A stretch of DNA of 55,407 nucleotides from an uncultured Halobacteriales archaeon (GTDB lineage Archaea > Thermoplasmatota > E2 > JACPAO01). A model generated the notes under the pieces. It made no database searches. It worked only from the letters and a program-made list of their open reading frames with translations, and was not told where the DNA came from. The position numbers and the translations under genes were made by a program. Positions 54,219 to 55,407 of the stretch are shown piece by piece. The stretch is taken from NCBI GenBank assembly GCA_964408365.1, contig CAYOZB010000003.1:1-55407 (forward strand), in the 5' to 3' direction. Every line of letters starts with the position of its first letter. Within the stretch, counting starts at the first letter, position 1.

Positions 54219-55407
54219 TTAGATCGGCACCGCGGACGTGGCCGTCGCGGGCTCGTGGCCGTTGCTTCCGATCAGGTACTTGTGCACCGTGGCGGCGCCT
54301 TTCTTGGCTTGTCCGACCGCTTCGATGATCGAGCTGGGTCCGAGGACGATGTCGCCCGCGGCGAAGACGCCGGGCGTTTTGGTGGAGAGGTCGGGGTTGG
54401 TGATGATGCCGCCGTACTTGTCCATGTCAACAAAACCAGTCACCGCTTGCTTGACGGGGGACGCGTTCTGCCCGATGGCGACGATGGCGAGGTCGCAGCG
54501 CAACAAGAATTCGGTGTGCGCGACGGGTACGGGGCTTTGGCGTCCGGATTCGTCGGCGGGTCCGAGTTCCATCTGGATGCATTCGACGTACTTGATCTTC
54601 CCATCGTCGTCGCCGATGAGTCGGGTCGGGTTGCTGAGCATGATGAATTTGATGCCTTCGTCGCGGGCTTGGTCGAGTTCTTCGGGGCTCGCGGTCATTT
54701 GACGCTTGGCGCGACGGTACACGACGTGGACGGTCGCTGCGCCCAAGCGGAGGGCGTTTCGGGCCGCGTCCATGCCGACGGATCCGCCGCCGATGATGAC
54801 GACGCGGGCGCCTTCGAGGTTGCCCATGGGTTCGCCGAGTTCGAACCGTCGGAGCCAGTCGACGGCGGGTTCGACGCCTTTGAGGTCTTCGCCGGGGCAG
54901 CCGATCTTTCGCGCGCTGTGGGTGCCGACCGCGAGGAACACAGCGTCGTTCGCGGCGACCAGGTCTTTCATGTGGACGTTTTCGCCGAGGCTTTTCTCGG
55001 TCTGGAATTCGACGCCCCATTGTCGCATGTAGTCGAGTTCGCGTTTCACGACGTCACGGGGCAATCGGTAGCCGGGGATGCCGACCGTGAGGTACCCGCC
55101 GAGGACGGGGAGTTTTTCGTAGATGGTGACTTTGTGTCCGCGCTTGGCGAGGTCGGTCGCCGCGGCCAAGCCGGCGGGTCCGGAGCCGATCACGGCGACC
55201 TTTTTTCCAGAAGGCGCGGGAAGGGTGATGTCGGCGGGGCCGGGCCAGATGCCGTAGTCGTCGGCGGCGCGTTTGAGCATCATGATGGCGACGGGTTGGC
55301 CTTTCTTGCCGACGACGCACGCGTCTTCACACGGGTGGAAGCAGGTGCGTCCGAGGGAACCGCTGATGGGGTACGTCTCGAGGGAAATGCGGAGGGCCTT
55401 GCTGAAG
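54219..55407 (-). CDS. GltD/SudA-like NAD(P)H-dependent Fe-S flavin oxidoreductase (5' end outside the window)
   Basis: GRTCFHPCEDAC Fe-S motif, IGSGPAG, GIPGYRLP, IGGG...MDAAR and FAAGD. The frame stays open to the window edge. Confidence 0.92.
   Translation of the reverse strand, partial: FSKALRISLETYPISGSLGRTCFHPCEDACVVGKKGQPVAIMMLKRAADDYGIWPGPADITLPAPSGKKVAVIGSGPAGLAAATDLAKRGHKVTIYEKLPVLGGYLTVGIPGYRLPRDVVKRELDYMRQWGVEFQTEKSLGENVHMKDLVAANDAVFLAVGTHSARKIGCPGEDLKGVEPAVDWLRRFELGEPMGNLEGARVVIIGGGSVGMDAARNALRLGAATVHVVYRRAKRQMTASPEELDQARDEGIKFIMLSNPTRLIGDDDGKIKYVECIQMELGPADESGRQSPVPVAHTEFLLRCDLAIVAIGQNASPVKQAVTGFVDMDKYGGIITNPDLSTKTPGVFAAGDIVLGPSSIIEAVGQAKKGAATVHKYLIGSNGHEPATATSAVPI

Noticed and set aside
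132-55320. Many long antisense or alternate-frame ORFs in the track (e.g. 23306-25234 -, 700-1806 +, 46901-48157 -)
   Set aside because: They shadow well-supported genes and are expected from high GC and stop-poor reverse frames.

Overview
A GC-rich archaeal chromosomal window. PolD large subunit, PCNA, TFS, Pth2, geranylgeranyl reductase, PGI/PMI and an archaeal RNase P RNA identify it as archaeal; a Thermoplasmatota-like host is only an inference. It holds about 55 CDSs: a probable cobalamin-capture cluster (ECF transporter, two DUF4430 proteins, an alpha-barrel lipoprotein and an HTH regulator), signalling genes, TrkAH, a DUF1611/enolase-epimerase pair, replication and translation genes, many surface proteins or lipoproteins, and a Gly-rich repeat protein. 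No CRISPR array, transposase or integrase was seen. Three results stand out. (1) An unannotated ~415-nt highly structured RNA at 17008-17424 has a perfect 12-bp closing helix, five GNRA-capped hairpins, a TATA-like box upstream and a T-tract downstream, and I cannot match it to a known family. (2) About 830 bp away is a tRNA with a long-variable-arm, Ser-like body but an Arg (GCG) anticodon. (3) The RNase P RNA seems to keep P8 but lack P16/P17. All family assignments come from motif recognition by eye; no searches were run.
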